From: a virus
Lineage: Duplodnaviria; Heunggongvirae; Uroviricota; Caudoviricetes
DNA length: 64,000 bases
IMG/VR virus record: IMGVR_UViG_3300006143_000275
Reading direction: 5' to 3' (one strand)
In this document: positions 26,707 to 34,575 of the stretch, piece after piece
How positions within the stretch are numbered: the stretch's first letter is position 1
Layout: each line of letters begins with the position of its first letter
Notes under the pieces: model-generated
The model's input: the letters and a program-made list of their open reading frames with translations, nothing else
Database searches by the model: none
Told to the model about the DNA's origin: nothing
Translations under genes and position numbers: made by a program

Positions 26707-27108
26707 TTAGATGACGGTGATGTTAGCCATGACCTCGGCGTTCTCAGCCTCGACCTCGGCCAGGGCATCGTCGATGCCGGCCTCCACCTTGTTCAGGCGA
26801 ACCACGGCCTTGCCGACCAGCTTGGCAGCATAGTCGATCACGTTCTCAGTCCCAGCGGGGACGGGAATCGTGATGGTGGCCAGCTTCGCCTCGTCGTGGG
26901 TCTCGGAGGCGAAAGTCGCGCCGTTCTGGTTGATGCTGCCGGCAGCAGCGGCGGTCTCCACGCGGAAGATTTCCTCCTTCTTACCGTTCTCATCGGTCTC
27001 GATGAGACGAAGAGCCTTCGGGCGGTACTCCTCCAGCGTCTTCAGAGCCTTGAGGCTCTTGCCGCTGGTGACGATGATCGCGTCACCAGCAATGGTGATC
27101 TTTGCCAT
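26707..27108 (-). CDS. hypothetical protein (start at MAKITIAGD)
   Basis: Ribosome-binding site AAAGGATG upstream; the listed ORF extends through a structured leader. Confidence 0.35.
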   Translation of the reverse strand: MAKITIAGDAIIVTSGKSLKALKTLEEYRPKALRLIETDENGKKEEIFRVETAAAAGSINQNGATFASETHDEAKLATITIPVPAGTENVIDYAAKLVGKAVVRLNKVEAGIDDALAEVEAENAEVMANITVI

Positions 27109-27219
27109 ACTGATACATCCTTTCTGTTCGGGCTTTGCCCTTAATATGTACCCCGTTTGCTCACCCCCCCCCATCGGGGGCTCCCCAGCCTGAACCACGA
27201 GGAGGTGGGGCCGATCAGG

Positions 27220-27253
27220 CCGCAAAGAACCCCGTAACTTTTCAGCTACGGGG
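27220..27253 (-). terminator. rho-independent terminator (minus strand)
   Basis: CCCCGTAGCTGAAAAGTTACGGGG followed by TTCTTTG. Confidence 0.5.
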
Positions 27254-27259
27254 CTCTTG

Positions 27260-27703
27260 TCAACTTCTGATGATTCGATTGAATGCGTCTTCTGATATTT
27301 CCGGGTTATTGCAGGCCATCCCCTCTGGATGGTATTCAAAGTGGCAGTATGGATACCAGTCGTTATAGTCTCCGGTTCCAACCTCCAAAATGATCTCGTC
27401 AGTTACCTCGTCTTGCATCACCAGGATGTCATTATCGTATCCGCCATCTTCTTCGTTCTTCATGTAACATTTCATGGCCTGCGGCGGAAACGAATATCTC
27501 GGCGGATCATCGGACACAACAAGCTCCCTGCATCTGCTTCTATATCCATCTTCCGGGTCTTCGACAGCCATGTAGTGAACACCGTCAAGCGTAAACTTTA
27601 CGAAGTTGCAATCCTGTGATTCACCCCAACTATCATCCACACATATACGTCCGGTTTCGACACCTGACAGTTTGTGTGTTCCTACCAAATCGGAAAGTTC
27701 CAC
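27260..27703 (-). CDS. small protein with conserved C-terminal tail ...EDAFNRIIRS
   Basis: 147 aa; GTG start after GGGAGGTG. Confidence 0.4.
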   Translation of the reverse strand: MELSDLVGTHKLSGVETGRICVDDSWGESQDCNFVKFTLDGVHYMAVEDPEDGYRSRCRELVVSDDPPRYSFPPQAMKCYMKNEEDGGYDNDILVMQDEVTDEIILEVGTGDYNDWYPYCHFEYHPEGMACNNPEISEDAFNRIIRS

Positions 27704-27707
27704 TTAA

Positions 27708-28022
27708 TCACCTCCCGATGATAGCCGCAAAACTTTCGTCGGAGATGTCCTCTTGCTCTTCCCCATAGAAAGTGCATTTCATGTAGTCGTCCGCATCGTT
27801 CTTTGACCCATATCTCACAGTATCGCCTCTGATATAGTAGCAGAAATTACCACGGTGTTTCTCCCAGTAATTTTTCTTCAGAGGACTCTCGCCGGTCGGG
27901 TATTTGATGCCAAACGCGACTAATATTGCGGCAAATTCACGCTCCAAATCTGCTTCTGGGCAATTTACAGCAACATAGCTGTTTTCTCCCAGCATTGATG
28001 TATCAAATGGCCTGTCCCACAT
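27708..28022 (-). CDS. small protein (paralog of 28028-28384), tail ...DESFAAIIGR
   Basis: Shared CPxxDL...KCTFYG core with the next ORF. Confidence 0.4.
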   Translation of the reverse strand: MWDRPFDTSMLGENSYVAVNCPEADLEREFAAILVAFGIKYPTGESPLKKNYWEKHRGNFCYYIRGDTVRYGSKNDADDYMKCTFYGEEQEDISDESFAAIIGR

Positions 28023-28027
28023 TTGTC

Positions 28028-28384
28028 TTACCTCCCTTGATTACCCCCCCCCGCAGAGATAATTGCTTCAAATCCGGCATCGGAGATTTCAAAGTCGGGC
28101 TCCACGCCGTAAAATGTGCATTTGATATAATTTCTGTATGCGCTGTCTGAGTAACATGTTCTGCTCCCATATTTCATTGTTCCTCGCGGTTCAATGCGAT
28201 AACAGGTTTCTTCTCTGTTCTCATGCCAATGAGTTTCTCCAACTGGCTCATCACCATACCATTTTATATCGTTTTCTTCTAAAAACGAAAACAGTTCATC
28301 TACCAAGTCTTTGTCAGGACAATGGATGATGACACCGTTGAATAGCATTGAAATCTCAAGCGGAGTGTCTGGCCAATCTACCAT
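28028..28384 (-). CDS. small protein, tail ...DAGFEAIISAGGGNQGR through a G9 tract
   Basis: G9 (plus-strand C-run 28044-28052) encodes GGG; two fewer G give ...ISAGG-stop. Confidence 0.4.
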   Translation of the reverse strand: MVDWPDTPLEISMLFNGVIIHCPDKDLVDELFSFLEENDIKWYGDEPVGETHWHENREETCYRIEPRGTMKYGSRTCYSDSAYRNYIKCTFYGVEPDFEISDAGFEAIISAGGGNQGR

Positions 28385-28390
28385 TGAGAC

Positions 28391-28636
28391 TCACCCCCCC
28401 CGAGTTAGAATATTGAGCAGAGACTCGAAGTCGGTGTAATCGTAAGGATTGATGGGATGACCATTATACATAGCAAAGAGCACTTTTGCATCGTTGGCTG
28501 GAACAAAATTGCATTCACCATTCCAATCGTCAACGACGCCCTGAAGGTACTTAGCCTGAATCAAGTACGGATCGCCATCTGCGTTTTCAGTGACGACAAC
28601 CGTATCGCTACCAAGCATAACAGTTTTCAGATCCAC
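28391..28636 (-). CDS. ubiquitin-sized protein (81 aa) ending ...LNILTRGG
   Basis: The C-terminal RGG is encoded inside a G8 tract (C-run 28394-28401) and followed directly by a stop; GTG start. Confidence 0.4.
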   Translation of the reverse strand: MDLKTVMLGSDTVVVTENADGDPYLIQAKYLQGVVDDWNGECNFVPANDAKVLFAMYNGHPINPYDYTDFESLLNILTRGG

Positions 28637-28641
28637 TCATT

Positions 28642-28815
28642 TCACCTCCGTTTTCGTTCTGCCCAATCGTTATTCCATCCACGATGCCGGGTGTTGTACG
28701 ATTGGTGTATGATGACGGATTCAAGCCACCATAACTTATCTCCGATAATGGTAGGCAGAATCATAAATCGGGTCACAATTCTCGTTTCTCCAGCAATCGG
28801 AAAACTCCAAACCAT
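28642..28815 (-). CDS. small hypothetical protein (57 aa)
   Basis: AGGAGGTG ribosome-binding site and ATG; the longer listed ORF runs through two tRNA genes. Confidence 0.25.
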   Translation of the reverse strand: MVWSFPIAGETRIVTRFMILPTIIGDKLWWLESVIIHQSYNTRHRGWNNDWAERKRR

Positions 28816-28836
28816 GGTTTGCACCTCCTGATATAA

Positions 28837-28922
28837 TGGTGTCGATGATGGGATTTGAACCCATACGGCGTTAGAGCCAACAGGGTTTGAGCCTGTCATG
28901 TCTACTATTCCATCACATCGAC
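28837..28922 (-). tRNA. tRNA-Leu (anticodon CAA), type II
   Basis: Anticodon loop CTCAAAC; long variable arm; T-arm ATGGGTTCAAATCCCAT; CCA. Confidence 0.5.
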
Positions 28923-28925
28923 ATA

Positions 28926-29012
28926 TGGTGTGGGCGGCGGGAATTGAACCCGCACATCGAACCCGATATAGAGGCTTAAACTCCATGTGTCTTCCAATTC
29001 CACCACGCCCAC
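28926..29012 (-). tRNA. tRNA-Leu (anticodon TAA), type II
   Basis: Anticodon loop TTTAAGC; variable arm with ATCG/CGAT stem; T-arm GCGGGTTCAATTCCCGC; CCA. Confidence 0.5.
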
Positions 29013-29024
29013 AGAAGAGTAATT

Positions 29025-29276
29025 TTATGTTATTCCGTGAGATTGCTCAAACGAAACAAGTTTCTCAATCGCGTCGTCATATGCAGCTCGCGTCTTCTCG
29101 TTATTGGTTCTTGATACAATGCTTCCAAAATACTTTGCAGCAGATTTCAACGCGTCCAAAGTGCGTTTCTCCGCCATGGTTAATCCCATGTGGGCAGCCT
29201 CACATTCCTCAATCGCATCATGGCTCAGAGACTCTTTGCCGCAATGTTCACAGACATACATTTGATACATCCTCAC
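29025..29276 (-). CDS. small CxxC zinc-ribbon protein
   Basis: 83 aa, CEHCGK...C..AH. Confidence 0.3.
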   Translation of the reverse strand: MRMYQMYVCEHCGKESLSHDAIEECEAAHMGLTMAEKRTLDALKSAAKYFGSIVSRTNNEKTRAAYDDAIEKLVSFEQSHGIT

Positions 29277-29289
29277 GATGTCCCCTCCA

Positions 29290-29496
29290 TTACCATGGCC
29301 AGTTCATGATGGAATAAAACGTTGCACCACCCAGAAAGAACCAATCTAACAAATCCAAAAGCCTCTTGTATGTTAAATAGTAACTTTCTTTCGACAGAAA
29401 TTGAAGCGCCAAACGCAGCAACGAAAGGATGATAATTGCAGAACAATAAATGAGGAACAATATGCTTTCTTCCATCTTTGGCCGCCTCCTAATCAA
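29290..29496 (-). CDS. small membrane protein
   Basis: 68 aa, hydrophobic. Confidence 0.25.
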   Translation of the reverse strand: MIRRRPKMEESILFLIYCSAIIILSLLRLALQFLSKESYYLTYKRLLDLLDWFFLGGATFYSIMNWPW

Positions 29497-29590
29497 AGGA
29501 CTGTTTTATTCATCGTACTCGATATCCGTGGTTACAGCCCAAACCAAGCCTGTCAGGCCAACCAGGAAATAAATGTTTTCTTACTCATTT

Positions 29591-30391
29591 TTATCTCCAG
29601 TTCGTACCAATCCGACCGTCTGGGTGGATTATGATATTGGAGTATCCGGCTCCATAGTCATTCTGGCGTTGCTGCCACATATCTCCAAGTGTTACGCGGG
29701 CGTGCTTTCCATCGTAGTCAAAGGTCGCATAGACAAAGAAGTCACCGATTCTGAATGTATGTATATCAATTTCTTCGTCCTCTTGCAGAGCATTCCAGAT
29801 ATCTACCGGGTAATCCTTCTTCTCAAGCCTGCTAAGAAACCGGAACGAAAAGCTGTCGGCATCTATCTTCATGTAATCTTTGATTGATGAGAGAGACGGA
29901 CTTTCCATCACTGTTTGGACTGTGCAACCAGGAAACCGGGCCGGATTTGCATGGACGAACTCATTGTGGGACAGGTTGATATGAGCCAACCCACTCAGGT
30001 CTGCGTTGAAACCAGCAGTATTGATAGAGCAAAAAACATTGTTGCTATTACACCTGTATGTCTCAGCGATATTCGCAATCTGCTCTGGATAAAGTCCTGG
30101 TTCTCCACCTGTTATGGTAAGTCTGGCATCTGGATGCTCGCCAAGTACCATTTTCAGAGCCTCGATTTGGGCAGGGAAATTATTGTCGCCCGTCATGGGG
30201 TTTTGCCGCTCCAAACAGAACGGGCAGTTAAAGGGGCACTCTTCCGTTGTAATCAACTGGACATTGATACGGTAGTACAGAGGTCGGCCAAGGGACGTTT
30301 CCGCCTTCCTGCTCTGTAATCTATACCTCAGGTCATCCCGCATCTCAGTCCTTATGTCTTCGTAGGAACCAATAAATGGAATTCTGTTCAT
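29591..30391 (-). CDS. radical SAM protein (paralog class of 9781-10701)
   Basis: CPFNCPFC cluster and TITGGEPGL SAM-binding motif; start taken at the internal MNRIPFIG. Confidence 0.55.
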   Translation of the reverse strand: MNRIPFIGSYEDIRTEMRDDLRYRLQSRKAETSLGRPLYYRINVQLITTEECPFNCPFCLERQNPMTGDNNFPAQIEALKMVLGEHPDARLTITGGEPGLYPEQIANIAETYRCNSNNVFCSINTAGFNADLSGLAHINLSHNEFVHANPARFPGCTVQTVMESPSLSSIKDYMKIDADSFSFRFLSRLEKKDYPVDIWNALQEDEEIDIHTFRIGDFFVYATFDYDGKHARVTLGDMWQQRQNDYGAGYSNIIIHPDGRIGTNWR

Positions 30392-30593
30392 TTTGCTACT
30401 CACTCGCGCCAACCTCCTTCGCATCAAAGAACTATTTGATTGCTGTAACGATAATGAAAAGTATGACTATCGCCAAACACCAGAAGCCTTGTTTTTGGTA
30501 GAGTTTGCGGCAACAAGAACGTTCCTCGACATACCGTTCCCATGCCAAATCAGATACGAAATCTTCTCGTTTCATTCAAGACGCTCCTCTCTC

Positions 30594-31037
30594 TTACCAT
30601 GGAGCGCTTTCCGAAAGCCCAAGGATACAGTATCCATCGGCCAACCCATATTCTTTTGCGTCTTTAAGGATGTACTGAATCATACGGATGGAATACTCTC
30701 CGGTGTATCCGTTGTCAGAGCTCCATTCTCGAAGCACCACAATATCGCCAACCACAAAGTCCCTATCGTTCCTCCGAAGTTCGAAGTTTTTCTCAAAGGA
30801 AAAATATTTCGGAAGAATTTTGAGTTCATGGACTTTTATCGTTTCACCCACAAATCTTGGATTTTCATCATATTTAATTGCGTGACGATCAAAGAACCTT
30901 CCGCTTTCCAGTCCTGGTATACAATCTTTGCATGGGGCTTCCGCTACCGAACAAGAAAAGTGCTTGCAGGAATGGCAAGTACACCGCCTGCCATTGTGGT
31001 AAAAGCTCAGATAATCCATCATATTGCCTCCATTCAA
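30594..31037 (-). CDS. ASCH/DUF3850-like protein with N-terminal Cys cluster
   Basis: HELKILPKYF...FELRRNDRDFVVGDIVVLREW resembles DUF3850 (ASCH-like). Confidence 0.45.
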   Translation of the reverse strand: MNGGNMMDYLSFYHNGRRCTCHSCKHFSCSVAEAPCKDCIPGLESGRFFDRHAIKYDENPRFVGETIKVHELKILPKYFSFEKNFELRRNDRDFVVGDIVVLREWSSDNGYTGEYSIRMIQYILKDAKEYGLADGYCILGLSESAPW

Positions 31038-31040
31038 AAC

Positions 31041-31238
31041 CTATCGGATTGCCCGTTCATATGACTCTTTATCCAGGAATCTGTCATTATGCCATCCGCG
31101 AATTGTTATGTCTGGCCTCCATTCCTGACGGAGATAAACTGTCTCAAGCCACACAATTTCATGATCGACTTTGACAGGGAAAATTGCAAAACGCTTAATG
31201 AATCGTTCTTCTCCCCAATATGGCATATGGATTCTCAC
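31041..31238 (-). CDS. small hypothetical protein
   Basis: 65 aa, GTG start. Confidence 0.25.
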   Translation of the reverse strand: MRIHMPYWGEERFIKRFAIFPVKVDHEIVWLETVYLRQEWRPDITIRGWHNDRFLDKESYERAIR

Positions 31239-31267
31239 GTCATCACCCGTCCTAACTAAATTTCATA

Positions 31268-31343
31268 TGGTGGAGATAGTCGGGATCGAACCGGCGACCT
31301 CCTGCTTGCAAGGCAGGCGCTCTCCCATCTGAGCTATATCCCC
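31268..31343 (-). tRNA. tRNA-Ala (anticodon TGC)
   Basis: GGGGATATAGCTCAGATGGGAGAGCGCCTGCCTTGCAAGCAGGAGGTCGCCGGTTCGATCCCGACTATCTCCACCA. Confidence 0.6.
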
Positions 31344-31348
31344 ATATT

Positions 31349-31434
31349 AGAGAGTGGTGGGAATCGAACCCACGCAGCGCATATCCGGTTGACAGGCATG
31401 TATCTGCCCCGCTCTGCCACTGAGCTACACTCTC
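31349..31434 (-). tRNA. tRNA of uncertain identity (about 86 nt) with an apparently 8-nt anticodon loop and a long variable region
   Basis: Canonical acceptor, D-arm (GCTCAGTGGCAGAGC) and T-arm (GTGGGTTCGATTCCCAC); best anticodon stem GGCAG/CTGTC encloses ATACATGC; no encoded CCA. Confidence 0.35.
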
Positions 31435-31493
31435 ATAGAACCGGCTTTCACGGTGCGTCTATATTGACGCGCTTGAATTTCACACTCACGATG

Positions 31494-32423
31494 TTAGTCG
31501 ATCCCGTCAACACCGACAATAGTGCCGCCAGACGAATTAACCTTGGGGAGAACACCGTTCCACTGCTCATACTTGATCTTTTCAATCAGCTCGGGCGTGA
31601 GAGACTGTGCAATCTGCTGGTTAGCCGCCGCCTCTGCTTCTGCGGCGATCCGAACCACCTCTGCAGCTGCATTGGCCTCAATGATTTCCGTCTCTGCCTG
31701 AATTTCGGCAGCCTCTTTTTCCTTCTGAGCCTGAATCAGAGCAACCTCGCGCTCTTTCTCCGCCTGTACCTTGGCTGTCTGAGCCTCGATATTGGCCAGC
31801 TCCAGCTCCTGCTGGGCGGTAACCTTTTTCTGAATGGCCGCAGCAGTTTCAGCATCAACAGAAATATCGGTGAAGTTCACGGTGTCAATGATGATGCCGT
31901 ACACATCAAATTTCTGTCGCAGGTAGGTATCCAACTCCGCATTGATAGCAGTACGCTTATCACCGAAGATGTCGGTAACGGGATAATTAGCGGAAACCTC
32001 CTGCGTCCAGGCGATGACCTTGGGCTTGATGAATGTGTCCTTGATAGTCTCGCCGGACTTGCCCTTGAATGTGACGAACGTCTGCGCCACACGTGCCTCG
32101 TCAAACCGGTAGGAGAACTCAAGGTTCACACGTACGGTCTTTCCATCGGACGTTGGGATACTGAAACTCTCGTCGTCCTTGGAGTCACCCTTGTCCTCAG
32201 CGGTCAGATAGGACTGCTCAATGCCGATGGAGTATGTAGTGACCTTCTTTGTGGGAGAGACCAGATGCCAGCCCTGGGTCAGAATCTCTCCGTCAACGCC
32301 GCCGTTCATGTTGTAAACCACCCCAACATAGCCGGCAGGCACACGCTCCAGACAGATAACGGCACCAATCAGGCCAAGGATCAGGGCAAGTGCCAGAAGC
32401 AGCGCACCAATTTTACCTTTCAT
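31494..32423 (-). CDS. SPFH/band-7 (stomatin/prohibitin-like) membrane protein
   Basis: N-terminal TM, SPFH core, Ala/Glu-rich coiled-coil tail; start at MKGKIGALLL. Confidence 0.65.
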   Translation of the reverse strand: MKGKIGALLLALALILGLIGAVICLERVPAGYVGVVYNMNGGVDGEILTQGWHLVSPTKKVTTYSIGIEQSYLTAEDKGDSKDDESFSIPTSDGKTVRVNLEFSYRFDEARVAQTFVTFKGKSGETIKDTFIKPKVIAWTQEVSANYPVTDIFGDKRTAINAELDTYLRQKFDVYGIIIDTVNFTDISVDAETAAAIQKKVTAQQELELANIEAQTAKVQAEKEREVALIQAQKEKEAAEIQAETEIIEANAAAEVVRIAAEAEAAANQQIAQSLTPELIEKIKYEQWNGVLPKVNSSGGTIVGVDGID

Positions 32424-32601
32424 TCGATGAATCGTCCTCCCATTCTTCAAAGTATTCCTCGGACTCGTCGTCCTCGATTTCTCTTTTTGCATCGTTGAAT
32501 AGGTCTAAAAACCACCCGCCAATGTCTTTGAAGGCAAAGCTCAGGCAGAACCAGACCAGAACCAACACGATAATGACGAGAAGCCAGAAAACAATGTTCA
32601 T
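32413..32601 (-). CDS. small membrane protein upstream of the SPFH gene
   Basis: 62 aa, one TM then acidic tail. Confidence 0.35.
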   Translation of the reverse strand: MNIVFWLLVIIVLVLVWFCLSFAFKDIGGWFLDLFNDAKREIEDDESEEYFEEWEDDSSNER

Positions 32602-32666
32602 ACAGACTCCTCCTTGAATTTCGGATGGGCGGCTTTTAAGAGGAGCCGCCAGAACCTCGCTGGGGA

Positions 32667-33983
32667 TTACTCCGCGTCAGCAACCTCGTCAGCCTCAGTC
32701 TGCTGGACAACCGGAGCCGGAGCAGGAACAGCCGCAGGAGCCTGAAACAGGCCGCCGCCCATCATCTGGCTCAGCATCAGCATCTTCATCATACCGCCGG
32801 ACTCGCCATCGTCATCGCCGCCGGACAGAGCCATCAGCATCAGGGGGTTGATCCCACCGAACAGGCCACCGGTGGGAGCCGCAGCAGCGTTGCCGCCCAT
32901 CATGGTCATCATGGCAACAGTGGTGAACAGATCGTCCTCGCTGTCGGCGTCGCCCATCAGCATCAGGAACATGGGGTTGATGCCCTCAGCACCCTTGCCG
33001 TTCATCATGGTGAACAGAGAAGTGACCTTGGCGTAGGGGCAGTAGCCCATCACGGTGTTGATCTCCTTCACCAGAGTGGCGGTACGGCCACTGTCCAGAG
33101 ACACACCCTTGATGGCACCCGAGTGGGTGATGTTGGTGATGTAGATATACTTTCCGCCGTTGAGAACCACGTCGCCGACGCTGACGTCCTTCACGGGCAT
33201 GACGAAGACCATCTTGTCCAGCGCCTCGGAACCCAGCACCAGATCCATGCAGTTGTTGATGGACTTGCTCTCGGGATCGTAGAAGACATAGTCGCCGTTC
33301 TTGCGCTGGTAGGCGATGTCGCCGGAGATGCTCAGAGCGACGGAGCCGTCATCGATGGCGTGGGGCATGTACTGCTTCAGCATTTTCTTGAAATCAAACT
33401 TCATTTTGGACTTCTTCCTTTCATTCTTTGTTGTAGTGTTGGTCTGGGTGCCGCAGGTGATTCCGCCAGTCACAGTAGGCTGAACAGGAACGCCGGGGAT
33501 GCAGGGAACTGTGGATCTGCAGGCGGGCGCCGTCGTGCGGGTGAACCGCTGGATAGCAGGACCGGCAAAGTCGTTAGCGTGCCAGACCCACATTCCATCG
33601 TCTTCAGCGATGGAGTAACCGGGTTCGCTCCCGAACACGTCCACCACATCCTCCCCAGTGATCGTAACTTCGCGGCCAGCCAGTTCCCGCATCGCAGGGG
33701 CATGAAGGTCGTCGAGGTCAGACCTCACCATAACCTTATCGCCGACATGGTATTTGACAGCAAAACCTGCGAACATTTCGTCGGTCCACCCCCATCCACC
33801 GCAGTCCTCTCGGATATGGTAGCCGTAACAGTCAACTTCTTCGATGGTCACAACTTGACCGCGGAGATGCGTCATTTCGGGCACAACACTATTGTGATGA
33901 CTACCATCATCCATGTAGTACCCGCTGCGCACTTCGAGATCGTCCAACACCTTGACCTTATCCCCCTCTTTGTATTTGGGCAT
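32667..33983 (-). CDS. hypothetical protein with Met/Gly-rich low-complexity C-terminus
   Basis: 438 aa; C-terminal MMTMMGGNAAAAPTGGLFGGINPLMLMALSGGDDDGESGGMMKMLMLSQMMGGG. Confidence 0.35.
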   Translation of the reverse strand: MPKYKEGDKVKVLDDLEVRSGYYMDDGSHHNSVVPEMTHLRGQVVTIEEVDCYGYHIREDCGGWGWTDEMFAGFAVKYHVGDKVMVRSDLDDLHAPAMRELAGREVTITGEDVVDVFGSEPGYSIAEDDGMWVWHANDFAGPAIQRFTRTTAPACRSTVPCIPGVPVQPTVTGGITCGTQTNTTTKNERKKSKMKFDFKKMLKQYMPHAIDDGSVALSISGDIAYQRKNGDYVFYDPESKSINNCMDLVLGSEALDKMVFVMPVKDVSVGDVVLNGGKYIYITNITHSGAIKGVSLDSGRTATLVKEINTVMGYCPYAKVTSLFTMMNGKGAEGINPMFLMLMGDADSEDDLFTTVAMMTMMGGNAAAAPTGGLFGGINPLMLMALSGGDDDGESGGMMKMLMLSQMMGGGLFQAPAAVPAPAPVVQQTEADEVADAE

Positions 33984-34246
33984 TGACTAAACTCCTTTCC
34001 TTTATGTACTTAGATCAAACGCTCGGGGAGAGCGCTAATCCCAATGGGATTGGCATCGTCAATCGACACCATCAAGTTCGTCCAACGCTTCTTTCATGGT
34101 ATCCGCGCTGAACTGAAAGACACCATCGAGGAAGACCTCAATGTGTCCTCTGACCCATTTGAACTGATACATGAGGCACCTCACTTTCTTCCTCTGGCGA
34201 GTAAAAAAGACACTAACTGTCTCCAGCCAGTGTCTGTCGTTTCCCT

Positions 34247-34346
34247 ATCTACAATAGTACAGAGATTCTCTTTAAGGGTAACACCCCTCAAACCATTGCA
34301 AATCAAGGACTTTTTGAGCGTTTTGCCACCTCGATGGTGGCAAGCG
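34247..34346. repeat. 100-bp direct repeat copy 1 (TACAGAGATTCTCTTTAAGGGT...TTTTGCCACC-N4-TGGTGGCAA)
   Basis: About 80% identical to 42081-42196; ends in an 8-9-bp inverted repeat. Confidence 0.5.
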
Positions 34347-34371
34347 ATTGCCCACTCTGCGTTTCTGAACC

Positions 34372-34401
34372 GGGCTTGTGACCGGCTATGGCCGCATTAG
34401 G
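34372..34401. repeat. 30-bp repeat R1 (GGGCTTGTGACCGGCTATGGCCGCATTAGG) followed by an 8-bp-stem hairpin
   Basis: A second copy at 35764-35793 is followed by a different hairpin. Confidence 0.4.
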
Positions 34402-34487
34402 CAGGCGGCCCGCTACTTTGCAGGCCGCCTATCGGAAAGGAAAGAACCGCTGGATGTAACCTACGGCATTGGGAAGCGCCTATGGCG

Positions 34488-34553
34488 CTGGCATCGGGAG
34501 TGGGATTTGAACCCACGGACGGTTTCCCGCCTCCAGTCGCTCGGCCACCCCGA
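34488..34553 (-). ncRNA. tRNA-Ser-derived tRNA-like element lacking an anticodon arm (about 66 nt)
   Basis: Acceptor GTCGGGG/TCCCGAT, D-arm GCCGAGCGACTGGAGGC (matches tRNA-Ser GGCCGAGCGGTTGAAGGC), T-arm GTGGGTTCAAATCCCAC, CCA; only 11 nt (GGAAACCGTCC) where the anticodon and variable arms should be. Confidence 0.4.
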
Positions 34554-34575
34554 CTTAGGGTGGTGGTTTTTGTTC
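34545..34575 (+). terminator. rho-independent terminator (plus strand)
   Basis: CCACCCCGACTTAGGGTGG followed by TGGTTTTTGTTC. Confidence 0.4.

Noticed and set aside
28642-28986. 114-aa ORF as listed
   Set aside because: Its upstream two thirds run through two tRNA-Leu genes. Only the 57-aa C-terminal part with its own ribosome-binding site is kept.
31389-32498. 369-aa plus-strand ORF
   Set aside because: Antisense to the SPFH gene. Leu-rich junk composition. Also runs over two tRNA genes.
33123-33986. 287-aa plus-strand ORF
   Set aside because: Antisense to the 438-aa minus gene.
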